Assembly: GCA_958447915.1 (NCBI GenBank) | Contig: CAUDCB010000001.1 | Coordinates: forward strand, 5,193 to 69,192 | From: an uncultured Collinsella sp. | GTDB lineage: Bacteria; Actinomycetota; Coriobacteriia; Coriobacteriales; Coriobacteriaceae | Direction: 5' to 3' | DNA length: 64,000 nucleotides | In this document: in pieces, positions 41,512-51,741 of the stretch | How the letters are laid out: each line of letters starts with the position of its first letter | Numbering within the stretch: the stretch's first letter is position 1 | Made by a program: the position numbers and the translations under genes | Notes under the pieces: model-generated | Told to the model about the DNA's origin: nothing | Seen by the model: the letters and a program-made list of their open reading frames with translations, nothing else | Databases searched by the model: none

Positions 41512-41961
41512 TCAGCTGTCCGTATCGACATCGCCAGACTCCACTGTAAACGCCGGACCGGTACTCACCAGATAAAAACGGGTCACCCTGGTATCTCTAA
41601 ATAGGTAGAGCAAGCCCTGATCGCGTCGGCGCGAAATATACGCCACGTGGACCGTACTGAATTCTTCGCCGTTTTCCTTCTTTAATATCAGGATGTTGGG
41701 GTCATCCGTACGCTTAAACTGCCCGTCTGTGCAGATTCCGTCTTGGTCGACCAGCTGCCATCGACAGTTGTCCTCCTCAAGAAAAGCCAGGGTTTCCCGA
41801 CTTGTTTCGTCATCCCGATAGTAACCGTCAATGGCAAAGCCTTCGGAAGCACATTCCTGCATATAGGATGTTTCTCGACTTATAGCGAACTGCCCTATAG
41901 CGCCCAGGAGCACAGCCAGGCAAACCACTGCAAGGGTTATCGAGATAGTACCGCGGCCCAT
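41512..41961 (-). CDS. Hypothetical membrane-anchored/exported protein
   Basis: N-terminal hydrophobic helix, 149 aa, codon usage more AT-rich than its neighbours. Confidence 0.6.
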   Translation of the reverse strand: MGRGTISITLAVVCLAVLLGAIGQFAISRETSYMQECASEGFAIDGYYRDDETSRETLAFLEEDNCRWQLVDQDGICTDGQFKRTDDPNILILKKENGEEFSTVHVAYISRRRDQGLLYLFRDTRVTRFYLVSTGPAFTVESGDVDTDS

Positions 41962-42231
41962 ATTAACCAGCCCGATACTTGTTTAACGGAGCACGAAACA
42001 TACTTGGTACCTCCGATATCATGGCGAATGTCACCTACGGCCTGTCGGCAATCATATGTTTCCAACATCAAACCATATGGCAACCACTCGCGAGAGGAGT
42101 ATCGGCGAACGGTGCATTTTTGCGTTCTATTGGGCAAACGTCAACGCGCGCTACAGCTCTTGCTCGACCTATTCAGATCTTGTCGCATACTACCGTAGAT
42201 CCTCAACGCTTCCGCCCCCAAGAGATCATTT

Positions 42232-43191
42232 TTAATACGTAAAGAAGCCCTCGCCCGAGCTTTCGCCCAGCTTACCTTCGTCGAGCATTTTCTTGAGGAC
42301 GGAGGCCATGGCCTTAAAGTTGTAGGGCATCATCATCTTTTTGAGCAGCGGGCTCACCAAGCCCGGGACCTTTTGGTACTGCATGACGATGTTGTACGCC
42401 GTCTGGATGCCCACGGTGTCGAACACGCGGAACGGCCCCTTGGGAGCGCCGGTGCCGCGCGTCCACGCGAGGTCGATGCTCTTGGGGTCACTCACGCCCG
42501 AGACATACAGGTCAAGGCCCGAAAGCAGCCACGGCACCAGCATGGAATTGAGCAGGTAGCCGTTCTTTTCCTTGTTGACGGGCAGGGCAAGCATACGGAT
42601 ATCGTTGGCAAAGTCGACGAGCTCGTCGAAGTAGCGCTTGTCGGTTTGGTCCTGTGCCATGACCTCGGTCATGTTGTTCTTCCAGATGGAGTTGGCAAAG
42701 TGCAGCGACAAGTACTTCTCGGGACGGCCGGTGTACTTGGCAAAGGTGCTCGGCAGCAGCGTGGAGGAGTTGGTCACGACGACGGTCTTTTGCGGGAGTA
42801 CCGGGGCGAGCTTCTTGTAGAAGTCAATCTTTGCCTGGGCGTCCTCGGCCATAGATTCGATGACCAGGTCAGCGTCGGCCACGGCCTTGGCAAGATCGAG
42901 CTCCAGCTTGAGTGTGGAGTAGGCACGCTCGACGGCGGCGAGCGCCGCTTCCTTGTCGAAGGGCTGGGTGCCATCGGCGATACCGGCGCACCACTCGCCC
43001 GTACCGTCCGCCATGCCCTCGATTGCCGCGATGTACTCCTTGCGCACGTGATCGATCTTGGGCTGGGTGCGGCCGATGCTGCCCTCGCTGCGCAGCCATA
43101 TCGTTACATCAAAGCCGCAGTAGGCAGCCTGAAAGGCAATCTGGCTTCCCAACACGCCGCCGCCGGCAACACAAACGGTCTTGTAGCTCAT
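42232..43191 (-). CDS. 3-hydroxyacyl-CoA dehydrogenase family
   Basis: GGGVLGSQIA Rossmann motif, IESMAE, TNSSTL, LHFAN, GYLLNS, GPF. Confidence 0.9.
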   Translation of the reverse strand: MSYKTVCVAGGGVLGSQIAFQAAYCGFDVTIWLRSEGSIGRTQPKIDHVRKEYIAAIEGMADGTGEWCAGIADGTQPFDKEAALAAVERAYSTLKLELDLAKAVADADLVIESMAEDAQAKIDFYKKLAPVLPQKTVVVTNSSTLLPSTFAKYTGRPEKYLSLHFANSIWKNNMTEVMAQDQTDKRYFDELVDFANDIRMLALPVNKEKNGYLLNSMLVPWLLSGLDLYVSGVSDPKSIDLAWTRGTGAPKGPFRVFDTVGIQTAYNIVMQYQKVPGLVSPLLKKMMMPYNFKAMASVLKKMLDEGKLGESSGEGFFTY

Positions 43192-43401
43192 GGAACGGTC
43201 CTCTCTTACGTAATTCCATAGATGTGTATTTATTCAACCGTAAGGATGACGCGCGTTGGGGGTGGGTTCTATAAACGGGCGGTATTTCGCGGCAAACGGC
43301 TACATATGTTCATTATCTCAGGGTTCCATGTCCAGAAAAATCGGGTGGTAGCCGGTATGGCTACCACCCGTTTGTCTCATATCTAGCCCAAAGCAGGCCA
43401 G

Positions 43402-46400
43402 TTATTTCTTAATGCCGCGTCCCAGGCGCTCGGCGACCGACGCCACGGCCTCCTCGCTGGCCGGCCCGCAGCTCACGCAGCCGTCATGGGCACGCATCTG
43501 ACCGGTGACCTCGTCCATCGCGAGCGGCGCCACCTTCTCGAGCTTAAAGCCCTTGCCGGCGCGCATGTTCTCCTTGGCCACGCTAATCATGAGCTTGATG
43601 CGGTTGAGCTGGTTGACCTCGGACGCACCGGGGTCGTAGTCCACCGCGACGATGTTGCTCTCGGGATGCTGGCGGCGCAGCTCCTTGATCACGGCCTTGC
43701 CCACCACGTGGTTAGGCAGGCACGCGAAGGGCTGCGTGCAGATGATGTTGGGCGCACCGTGATCGATCAGGTCGAGCATCTCGGCCGTGAGCAGCCAGCC
43801 CTCGCCCATGTTGTTGCACACCGAAAGCACCGTACGGGCCTTGTCGGCCATGGTACCGATGCGCTCGGGCGCCTCAAAGCGTCGGGACTTTTCGAGCATC
43901 TCCTCCACCGGCGTACGCATCCAGTCCACGAGCTTGATGAGCGCCTGCATACCAGCGCGCGTGGTAGCAGAGCTTCCCAGCTCGTCCTTCTGCAGCTCGG
44001 CATTACTCATGGAGTACAGGAAGAAGTCGAGCAGGCCCGGCACCACGGCCTCGCAGCCCTCGCGCTCGATGACATCTACCACGTGGTTGTTGGCTGTGGG
44101 GTGGAACTTGACCAAGATCTCGCCGACCACGCCCACGCGCGGCTTGGTGCCCTCGCCCACGAGCGGCATGGTGTCGAACGCGCGGATGGCCTCGCGGCAC
44201 AGCTTGGTGTAGTTGTGGCGGTTGAACTTGGGCGCCAGCTTGCGAGCGCGCGCCATGTACTCTTCATAGAGCGTGTTGGCGGCACCAGGCGTGGCCTCGT
44301 ACGGGCGGCAGCGGTAGAGCATCTGCATCATCACGTCGCCAAAGAGCACCGCGTAGACTGCCTGCTTAAGCAGCGCCGGCGTCAGCTTAAAGCCGGGGTT
44401 GTCCTCGCCCAGCGCCACGGCCGAAAGCGAGATCACGGGGATCTCGGGGTGGCCGCTCTCGCGCAGGGCCTTGCGGATGAGCGCGATGTAGTTGGTGGCA
44501 CGGCAGCCGCCGCCGGTCTGGCTGATGACCACGGCGGTCTTGGACAGGTCGTACCGACCGCTCTCGATGGCCTCCATAATCTGGCCCGTCACCAGAATCG
44601 ACGGGTAGCAAATGTCATTGTTCACATAGCGCAGGCCAGCCTCGACGGCATCGTGGTCGGTCGAGGGCAGCAGCTTCAAGTTGTAGCCGGCACCGCGGAA
44701 CACCTCTTTGACCAGGTCGAAGTGGATCGGCGCCATCTGCGGGCACAGGATGGTGTAGCCCTCGTCGCGCATCTGCTCGGTAAAGGGCACCTTGGGCCAC
44801 GCGGTCGAAGCACTCTCGCGCTGCGCCTCAAACGTGTACTTGCGGCTCGCGAACGCGGGGGCATCCGTGGAGGGAGCCACCGGCGCAGCATCGCCCTGCT
44901 CGTAGGCCTCGCCCGCGGCCGTGGCCTCGGCCAGGCGCTCGGCCTCCTGGTCCTTGAGCGCAGCCATGAGCGAGCGGATGCGGATGCGCGCGGCGCCCAG
45001 GTTGGACACTTCGTCGATCTTGAGCACGGTGTAGATCTTGCCGCTGGCCTCCAGGATCTCCTGCACCTGGTCGGTAGTCAGGGCATCGAGACCGCAGCCG
45101 AAAGAGTTGAGCTGAATCAGGTCCAGGTCGTTGCGCATCGTCACAAAACGGGCGACGGCGTACAGGCGGCTGTGGTACATCCACTGGTCGACGACGCGAA
45201 TCGGACGCTCGGGCTTCACCAGATGCGCGAGCGAATCCTCGGTAAAGACCGCAAAGCCAAAGCTCGAGATAAGCTCGGGCAGGGCATGGTTGATCTCGGG
45301 GTCGTTATGGTAGGGACGGCCGGCGAGTACGATGCCGTGGCCGCCGTGGTCCTCGACCCACTTAAGGGCCTCCTCGCCCATGGTCTGGATATCCTCGTGG
45401 AAGCGCGCATCGGCCTCAAAAGCAGCGTTGACAGCGGCATCGACCTCGGAGCGCGTGATTTTAGGACCGCGCACGCGGCCGCGACCAGCCTCGGCGTCGG
45501 CCACGCGGTCAACAGCGAGCACCTGATACAGGCGGCGCTTGAGCTCGGTCTTGTCGTGATAGGGCACAAACGGGTACAGGAACTCGATGTTCTGTTCGCG
45601 GATCTCGTCAATATTGAGCGCCAACGCCGTGGGGTAGCTCATGACGATGGGGCAGTTATAGCAGTTGCCGGCGGTCGGATCCTCCTTGCGCTCCCAGCGC
45701 ACGCACGGCATCCAGATGAAGTCGACATCGCGGTCGATAAGGTTCATCACATGGCCGTGGCTCATCTTTGCCGGGTAGCACACGCTCTCGGACGGCATGG
45801 ACTCGATGCCCGCCTGGTAGGTCTTTTTGCTCGACTGGTCGGACAGCTGCACGCTAAAGCCCAGGCGCGTAAAGAATGCATGCCAGAAGGGGTAGTTCTC
45901 GTACATGTTGAGCGCGCGCGGGATGCCGACGGTGCCGCGCGGGGCCTCGTCGGGGCTCAGCACCTCGCGGTTAAACAGCAGCTCGTTTTTCTTTTTGAAG
46001 AGGTTGGGGGCCTCGGTCTTTTGCTTTTTGTGGCCGGCGCCCTTCTCGCAGCGGTTGCCGGTAATGAAGCGCCTGCCGCCGCCAAAGTCGTTGACGGTAA
46101 GCTGGCAGTTGTTAGAGCAACGGCCGCAGCGGACATGCTTTTGCGTCACGGTGAGGTGTGCGATGTCCTCGGCCGAGAGGATGGTCGAGGTGCCGTCGGC
46201 ACCGGCGCGATCGCGGGCGAGCAGGGCCGCACCGTAGGCGCCCATGCAGCCGGCGATGTCGGGACGCACGGCGTGCACGCCGGTGAGCTGCTCGAACGCA
46301 CGCAGCGTGGCATCGGACATAAAGGTGCCGCCCTGAACGATCACCTGGCTGCCGATCTCCTTGGGGTCGCGCAGCTTAATGACCTTGAACAGGGCATTCT

Positions 46401-48180
46401 TGATGACGGAATAGGACAGACCGGCCGCGATGTCGCCCACCGTGGCGCCTTCCTTTTGCGCCTGCTTGACGCGCGAGTTCATAAAGACCGTGCAGCGGCT
46501 GCCCAGGTCGACCGGGGCCTTGGCATGAATGGCGGCATCGGCGAACGCGCGCACGTCCATGTTCATGGACACGGCGAAGCTCTCGATAAAGCTGCCGCAG
46601 CCCGACGAACAGGCCTCGTTGAGCATGATGTGCTCGATAACGCCGTCCTTGACGCGCAGGCACTTCATGTCCTGGCCGCCGATGTCCAGGATGAACTCGA
46701 CGCCGGGCAGGAACGCCTTGGCGCCGCGCAGGTGCGCAACGGTCTCGATCTCGCCGGAGTCGGCCTTGAGGGCCTCGATGAGCAGCGCCTCGCCGTAGCC
46801 CGTGGTGGTCACGTGTCCGATGGTGCAGCCGGCGGGGATGTGGTTGTAGAAATCGGCCATGATGACCTTGGCCGTGCCCAGGATGTCGCCATTGTTGTTG
46901 CCGTACCAGGTGTGCAGCAGCTGGCCGTCCTCGCCCACGAGCGCGGCCTTCATGGTGGTGGAGCCGGCGTCGATGCCGATGAACACGCGGCCGGTGTAGC
47001 CGTCGAGCTTGCCCTTGGGGACGACCTCGGTGTCGTGGCGGTTCTTGAACTCAGCAAAGTCCTCGTCGGTGGCAAAGAGCGGATCCAGGCGCTCGACCTC
47101 AGCACCTTGCGTGTCGCCCAAGCTGTCGATGGCCTCGATAAGCTGCGGGAACGTGCTGAGCTTGTTGGACTCGTGCGCCATGGCGGCGCCGCTCGCCACA
47201 AACAGGTGAGCGTTTTGGGGCACGATACGGTGTTCCTCGTCCAGGTTGAGCGTGAGGTAGAAGCGGTGGCGCAGCTCGGAGAGGTACTGCAGCGGGCCGC
47301 CCAGGAAGGCGACGTTGCCGCGGATGGGACGGCCGCACGCCAGGCCCGAGATGGTCTGGGTCACAACGGCTTGGAAGATGGAGGCGGCCACATCCTCGGG
47401 GCGGGCACCCTCGTTGAGCAGCGGCTGCACGTCAGTCTTGGCAAAGACGCCGCAGCGGCTGGCGATGGGATAGATGGTGGTGGCGTTGGCCGCGAGCTCG
47501 TTGAGGCCGCTCGCGTCGGTGTGCAGCAGGGTTGCCATCTGATCGATGAACGCGCCCGTACCGCCGGCGCAGGTGCCGTTCATGCGCTGCTCGATGCCGT
47601 TATCAAAGTAGATGATCTTGGCGTCCTCGCCGCCCAGCTCGATGGCGACGTCGGTGGCCGGGATGAGGGTCTCGACGGCACGCTTGCTGGCGATGACTTC
47701 CTGGACAAACTCCAGGTCGAGCCACTGGGACAGCAGCAGGCCGCCCGAACCGGTAATGGCGCAGGTCATTTGGGCCGTCGGCAGCACGGTCGCGGCACCC
47801 TCGAACAGGTCGCGGGCGCAAGCGCGGACGTCGGTGTGGTGGCGCTGGTACTTGGCGTAGACGATCTGGTTGTCGTCGTTGAGCACGGCGAGCTTGACGG
47901 TGGTGGAGCCCACGTCTATGCCCAGATGCAGGTTGCCGCGGGCGACCTCGGGGTTGAAGATCGCGCCTTCGGGGGCGTGGGCGGCGGCTACGGGCTCGGC
48001 GGCGGCGGGCTCGCTAGCAACGGACGTCTCCCCTGCCGTGTTCTTGGCATCGGCAACTGCCTCGGCAACCTTCTCGGCAGCAGCGGTCGCGGCCTTCTGC
48101 GCGGCGTCCACCACGGCGGGCGCGGCCTCGCGTGCGGCAGCGACCATGCGGTCCTTAATGCCCTCGACGAGTTTGCTCAT
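43402..48180 (-). CDS. Fused CoA-substrate-specific enzyme activase (two BadF/BadG/BcrA/BcrD ATPase domains plus DUF2229/dehydratase-like region)
   Basis: GIDVGSTT and GIDAGSTT, CAGGTG and CSSGCG, ESVCYPAK, SFGCGLD, ICYP, GGGCRATNY, PFACLPNH. Confidence 0.85.
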   Translation of the reverse strand: MSKLVEGIKDRMVAAAREAAPAVVDAAQKAATAAAEKVAEAVADAKNTAGETSVASEPAAAEPVAAAHAPEGAIFNPEVARGNLHLGIDVGSTTVKLAVLNDDNQIVYAKYQRHHTDVRACARDLFEGAATVLPTAQMTCAITGSGGLLLSQWLDLEFVQEVIASKRAVETLIPATDVAIELGGEDAKIIYFDNGIEQRMNGTCAGGTGAFIDQMATLLHTDASGLNELAANATTIYPIASRCGVFAKTDVQPLLNEGARPEDVAASIFQAVVTQTISGLACGRPIRGNVAFLGGPLQYLSELRHRFYLTLNLDEEHRIVPQNAHLFVASGAAMAHESNKLSTFPQLIEAIDSLGDTQGAEVERLDPLFATDEDFAEFKNRHDTEVVPKGKLDGYTGRVFIGIDAGSTTMKAALVGEDGQLLHTWYGNNNGDILGTAKVIMADFYNHIPAGCTIGHVTTTGYGEALLIEALKADSGEIETVAHLRGAKAFLPGVEFILDIGGQDMKCLRVKDGVIEHIMLNEACSSGCGSFIESFAVSMNMDVRAFADAAIHAKAPVDLGSRCTVFMNSRVKQAQKEGATVGDIAAGLSYSVIKNALFKVIKLRDPKEIGSQVIVQGGTFMSDATLRAFEQLTGVHAVRPDIAGCMGAYGAALLARDRAGADGTSTILSAEDIAHLTVTQKHVRCGRCSNNCQLTVNDFGGGRRFITGNRCEKGAGHKKQKTEAPNLFKKKNELLFNREVLSPDEAPRGTVGIPRALNMYENYPFWHAFFTRLGFSVQLSDQSSKKTYQAGIESMPSESVCYPAKMSHGHVMNLIDRDVDFIWMPCVRWERKEDPTAGNCYNCPIVMSYPTALALNIDEIREQNIEFLYPFVPYHDKTELKRRLYQVLAVDRVADAEAGRGRVRGPKITRSEVDAAVNAAFEADARFHEDIQTMGEEALKWVEDHGGHGIVLAGRPYHNDPEINHALPELISSFGFAVFTEDSLAHLVKPERPIRVVDQWMYHSRLYAVARFVTMRNDLDLIQLNSFGCGLDALTTDQVQEILEASGKIYTVLKIDEVSNLGAARIRIRSLMAALKDQEAERLAEATAAGEAYEQGDAAPVAPSTDAPAFASRKYTFEAQRESASTAWPKVPFTEQMRDEGYTILCPQMAPIHFDLVKEVFRGAGYNLKLLPSTDHDAVEAGLRYVNNDICYPSILVTGQIMEAIESGRYDLSKTAVVISQTGGGCRATNYIALIRKALRESGHPEIPVISLSAVALGEDNPGFKLTPALLKQAVYAVLFGDVMMQMLYRCRPYEATPGAANTLYEEYMARARKLAPKFNRHNYTKLCREAIRAFDTMPLVGEGTKPRVGVVGEILVKFHPTANNHVVDVIEREGCEAVVPGLLDFFLYSMSNAELQKDELGSSATTRAGMQALIKLVDWMRTPVEEMLEKSRRFEAPERIGTMADKARTVLSVCNNMGEGWLLTAEMLDLIDHGAPNIICTQPFACLPNHVVGKAVIKELRRQHPESNIVAVDYDPGASEVNQLNRIKLMISVAKENMRAGKGFKLEKVAPLAMDEVTGQMRAHDGCVSCGPASEEAVASVAERLGRGIKK

Positions 48181-48191
48181 TGTCTCTCCTC

Positions 48192-48902
48192 TTAGTTGTT
48201 GGACTCGACGGTTGCGGCGGTGTCGACCGCATCCTCGAGCTGCAAGTTCAATAGCTTCATGCCGTATTCCGGCACGTTGATATCGATGGGTTGGCCATAC
48301 AGGTCACCGGGGCGCACAAAAGCGAGCACCGTCATAATGCGCGCCATGGCCTCAGGCGATTCGGTGAGCCCACGCTCAAACCAGCGCTGAATCATGCCGA
48401 CCTCGGCACTCACGACGTAGGTAACGTAGTAGTCAAAGAACGTGCCCAGCGCCAGGCCCAAAATGCCCGTCTGCGCACGCGGCACCACAGCCTCACGCGC
48501 GGTGTCGATAATCCTTTTAATGAAGGCCTGGTCGCCGCCCGGACCCAGCAACGCACCGATTAAGTCGCGGTTGGCCGCAAGATAACGCAGCAAATCAACC
48601 GAACCGGGCGCCGGCTCGAGCTCATCGATGTTGTGATAGAGATCGGGCAGCTGAGCTGCGGTGATGAGTTCAATGCGCTCACGGATCTCGGCCAGCAAGC
48701 CGTCCTCGATTTGATTGATAAAGTCGGGGATATCGCGGTAGTGCGAATAGAACGTGCGGCGCGTAAGGCCGGCACGCTCGGTGAGCGACGCGACGTTAAT
48801 GCGCGAAAGGTCGCCGCTTTCGGCAAGCTCGCTGGCAAGTGCCTGGCGAAGGGCACGCTGCGAGCGAAGGGACCGGCGATCGCATTTCTCGAGCTGGGAC
48901 AA
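48192..48902 (-). CDS. TetR/AcrR family regulator
   Basis: DRRSLRSQ...LTERAGLTRRTFYSHY HTH; TTG start after GGAGG. Confidence 0.9.
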   Translation of the reverse strand: MSQLEKCDRRSLRSQRALRQALASELAESGDLSRINVASLTERAGLTRRTFYSHYRDIPDFINQIEDGLLAEIRERIELITAAQLPDLYHNIDELEPAPGSVDLLRYLAANRDLIGALLGPGGDQAFIKRIIDTAREAVVPRAQTGILGLALGTFFDYYVTYVVSAEVGMIQRWFERGLTESPEAMARIMTVLAFVRPGDLYGQPIDINVPEYGMKLLNLQLEDAVDTAATVESNN

Positions 48903-48925
48903 GCGTCCTCCTTGTTACTCAACCT

Positions 48926-48968
48926 GTGCGCTATTGCACAGTGCGAGTATTATTGCACACCGTGTGTA
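48926..48968. promoter_or_regulatory. Probable TetR auto-operator overlapping its promoter
   Basis: TATTGCACA repeated (48932, 48951) and palindrome TGCACAC-C-GTGTGTA (48954-48968). Confidence 0.5.
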
Positions 48969-49023
48969 TCAACACGTAAAGGCAATATTTGGGATGTGAT
49001 AAAGGGACAGCCCCTTTGTCACA

Positions 49024-49881
49024 TTATTCGATGACGGTGCGGGAGTTTTGCTTGTGCATGGTGGCGAGCATGTGCTTGGGGACAGCATGAGTCGCGCAGC
49101 TGCCGATGATCGCACTTGCGGCGGCCCTGGCGACATCGCTGCCGTTTTTGGTGGCGTAGCTGTGGCGGAAGCGCTTGAGCATGGCGATGTCGTTGCCGCC
49201 ATCGCCGTAGACCGCGACCTCGTCCTCGGCAATACCGTAGTAGCCCGCCAGCCAGGCAACACTCTCGCCCTTGTTGCACGCCACGTCTGTGATCTCGAAC
49301 ATCACCGGGTCGAACGGCGCGTTGACCACACGGTCCGAGCGCTCGGCAAGATACGCCTTAAGGTCGCGCTCCAGCTCGGGCGAGATCACGCGGCAGTTGA
49401 TCTTGCACACATCGTGACGCAAGATGTCGCCGATCGACTGGTCGAAATACTGCTCCTCGTGATACCCGCCACGCGCACGCATGCCACGCATCACAATGCG
49501 CTTGATGGGACTGTCCTTTTTAAAGCCCGCCTGGTGCATCTCGAACGAACCGCTTGAGAACATACCGTCGGGCGTGGAACAGTCAAAGCAAATATCCGGA
49601 AACTCCTTGAGCAGCTCCTCGGTGATCTGCGGGTCGATGGTCCAGGTCTTGAGCACCTCGCCATGGCTGTCGCGCACGATGGACCCGTTGGAGCAGCAGG
49701 CGTCAAGCGCCAGGCCCGTAAAGCCATGCTCGCCGATCGGCAGCGTCGAGCGTCCGGTCGCGGGAACCACATGCAGGCCAGCCTCGGTTAGCTCGCGAAT
49801 GGCGCGGCGGATGGTCCCATCCGCCTCATGCAGGGCGTTCAGCAGCGTTCCGTCTAAGTCACTCGCAAACATCTTGATCAT
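49024..49881 (-). CDS. Cof-type HAD-IIB hydrolase
   Basis: ASDLDGTLLN, ATGR, SNG, NKG, GDGGNDIAML. Confidence 0.9.
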   Translation of the reverse strand: MIKMFASDLDGTLLNALHEADGTIRRAIRELTEAGLHVVPATGRSTLPIGEHGFTGLALDACCSNGSIVRDSHGEVLKTWTIDPQITEELLKEFPDICFDCSTPDGMFSSGSFEMHQAGFKKDSPIKRIVMRGMRARGGYHEEQYFDQSIGDILRHDVCKINCRVISPELERDLKAYLAERSDRVVNAPFDPVMFEITDVACNKGESVAWLAGYYGIAEDEVAVYGDGGNDIAMLKRFRHSYATKNGSDVARAAASAIIGSCATHAVPKHMLATMHKQNSRTVIE

Positions 49882-49968
49882 GGGCGTGCCTCTCCTTCGT
49901 CTGCACGATATTGTAGACGAGAACGGGCGCGCCCCAAGAGAGGCACGCCCGTCAGGCGAAAGATTGTC

Positions 49969-50307
49969 CTACACCGCGGCGGGGCCGTGTTCGCCGGTGC
50001 GGATGCGGATGACTTCCTCAACCGGCTCGACCCAGATTTTGCCGTCGCCGACGGCTCCGGTGCGTGCGGCGTTGCAGATAATCTCGACAATGCCGTCGAC
50101 GTGCTCGTCGGCGCAGATGAGGGTGAACTGCACCTTAGGGATCATGTTGACAAGCAACTCGTTGCCGCGCACGTATTCCTTCCAGCCATGCTGTGCGCCG
50201 CAGCCCTGCACCTGGTTGATAGTCATGCCACGAACATCGGCAGCAAACAGCGCGTCTTTAAGAACCTCAAGCTTCTCGGCGCGAACGACCGCCGTAATCT
50301 TCTTCAT
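49969..50307 (-). CDS. glnK: Nitrogen regulatory protein P-II
   Basis: MKKITAVVR, T-loop EYVRG, ARTGAVGDGKIWV, RIRTGE; follows amtB. Confidence 0.9.
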   Translation of the reverse strand: MKKITAVVRAEKLEVLKDALFAADVRGMTINQVQGCGAQHGWKEYVRGNELLVNMIPKVQFTLICADEHVDGIVEIICNAARTGAVGDGKIWVEPVEEVIRIRTGEHGPAAV

Positions 50308-50353
50308 AGTGAATTCCTCTCTTTAATAAAGAAATGAACCGCCCATTCATGTG

Positions 50354-50461
50354 GCACGGGTTTTCCAGGTGCCCGAGATTGCCCCGAAAGAGGAGCGCCG
50401 CGTACTTTGGTACGCAAGCGACGGTTTGAGGGGCAAGGTCGGGTGCCTGGGAAAGCCGTGC
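50354..50461. repeat. 108-bp imperfect palindrome between amtB and glnK
   Basis: gcacgggttttccaggtgcccgagattgcccc...ggggcaaggtcgggtgcctgggaaagccgtgc with inner gcgtac-tttg-gtacgc. Confidence 0.8.
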
Positions 50462-50463
50462 TG

Positions 50464-51741
50464 CTAATCGAGTCCGGAGAACGAAGGGTAGGCGCTCTCG
50501 CCGTGTTGACTTGCATCCAGGCCCAGCGCCTCGTCGGCCTCGTCCACGCGCAGGCTGCCGTGGAACAGCGCCTTGACCAGCGCGGCGATCACCAAGTCGA
50601 GCACCAGCACAATGGCGACCGTCACCACAATGCCCAAAATCTGCGAGACGAGCAGCGACACGTCGCCCGTGTAGAACAGGCCACCCTTACCGGTCCACGA
50701 GAGCTCCGGCACGCAAAACAGACCCGTGAGCACGCCGCCCAAGATGCCGCCGATGCCGTGGCAGCCAAACGCGTCGAGCGCATCGTCGTAGCCGAACTTG
50801 GTCTTAAGATGGCTGATAGCCAGGTAGCAGACGGGCGATACGATCAGGCCCATGACCAGCGCTGCCCACGGTTCGACAAAGCCCGCGCCCGGCGTGACCA
50901 CCACAAGGCCCGCAACCAAACCGGTGCTGGCACCCACCAGCGTGGGACGACCGGTGTGCACGCGCTCAACGGCGAGCCACGAGACCATGCCCGCCGCGCT
51001 GGCCGTCACGGTGTTGAGGATGGCAAGCGCCGCCACGGCGTCGGCCTTAAACTCGCTGCCGCCGTTAAAGCCAAACCAGCCAAACCAAAGCAGCCCGGCG
51101 CCCAGCGCCACAAACGGCACGTTATGCGGACGGTAGCTCACCATGCCAAAGCCGCGACGACGGCCGAGCATTAAGCAGAGAATCAGGCCCGTCAGACCGG
51201 ACGAAATGTGCACCACGTCACCGCCGGCAAAGTCGAGCGCGCCGATGATGTCGCCGATAAAGGAGCCCTCGCCGCCCCAGACCATGTGGGCAAGCGGCGC
51301 ATAGACCACAAGCAGCCAAATGCCCAGGAAGGCCGTCATGGCGCCAAACTTAACGCGGCCGGCCAGGCTGCCCGTGACGATAGCGGCCGTGATCATGGCA
51401 AACGCCATCTGGAAGGCGATGTTGATGATCTGAGGGTAGACGGCACCGTCCGCAGCATTGCCCTCAGCCGCCTGCAGTACTTGGTTGAGCACCGGCAGGC
51501 ACAGCAGCTGGTCAAGGCCTCCAATAAACGGGCTCGAGCCATCGCCGCCGTAGGCCAGCGACCAGCCGGCGACAATCCACAGCACACCGACCAGACCAAT
51601 GGCTCCAAAGCACATAAGCATGGTGTTGATGACATTTTTGCGCCTGGACAGGCCACCATAGAAAAACGCCAGACCCGGTGTCATTAAAAACACGAGCATG
51701 GTGCAGATGAGCATAAACGTTGTCGATCCCGTATCGTACAT
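50464..51741 (-). CDS. amtB: Ammonium transporter
   Basis: MTPGLAFFYGG, FQMAFA, DFAGGDVVH, LWFGWFGFNGGS, DDALDAFGCHG. Confidence 0.96.
   Translation of the reverse strand: MYDTGSTTFMLICTMLVFLMTPGLAFFYGGLSRRKNVINTMLMCFGAIGLVGVLWIVAGWSLAYGGDGSSPFIGGLDQLLCLPVLNQVLQAAEGNAADGAVYPQIINIAFQMAFAMITAAIVTGSLAGRVKFGAMTAFLGIWLLVVYAPLAHMVWGGEGSFIGDIIGALDFAGGDVVHISSGLTGLILCLMLGRRRGFGMVSYRPHNVPFVALGAGLLWFGWFGFNGGSEFKADAVAALAILNTVTASAAGMVSWLAVERVHTGRPTLVGASTGLVAGLVVVTPGAGFVEPWAALVMGLIVSPVCYLAISHLKTKFGYDDALDAFGCHGIGGILGGVLTGLFCVPELSWTGKGGLFYTGDVSLLVSQILGIVVTVAIVLVLDLVIAALVKALFHGSLRVDEADEALGLDASQHGESAYPSFSGLD

Noticed and set aside
43486..48195. 1569-aa plus-strand ORF, and similar antisense ORFs over groEL (18512-20167) and dxs (53653-55320)
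   Set aside because: Antisense shadows of strongly GC-biased genes, with no recognisable motifs
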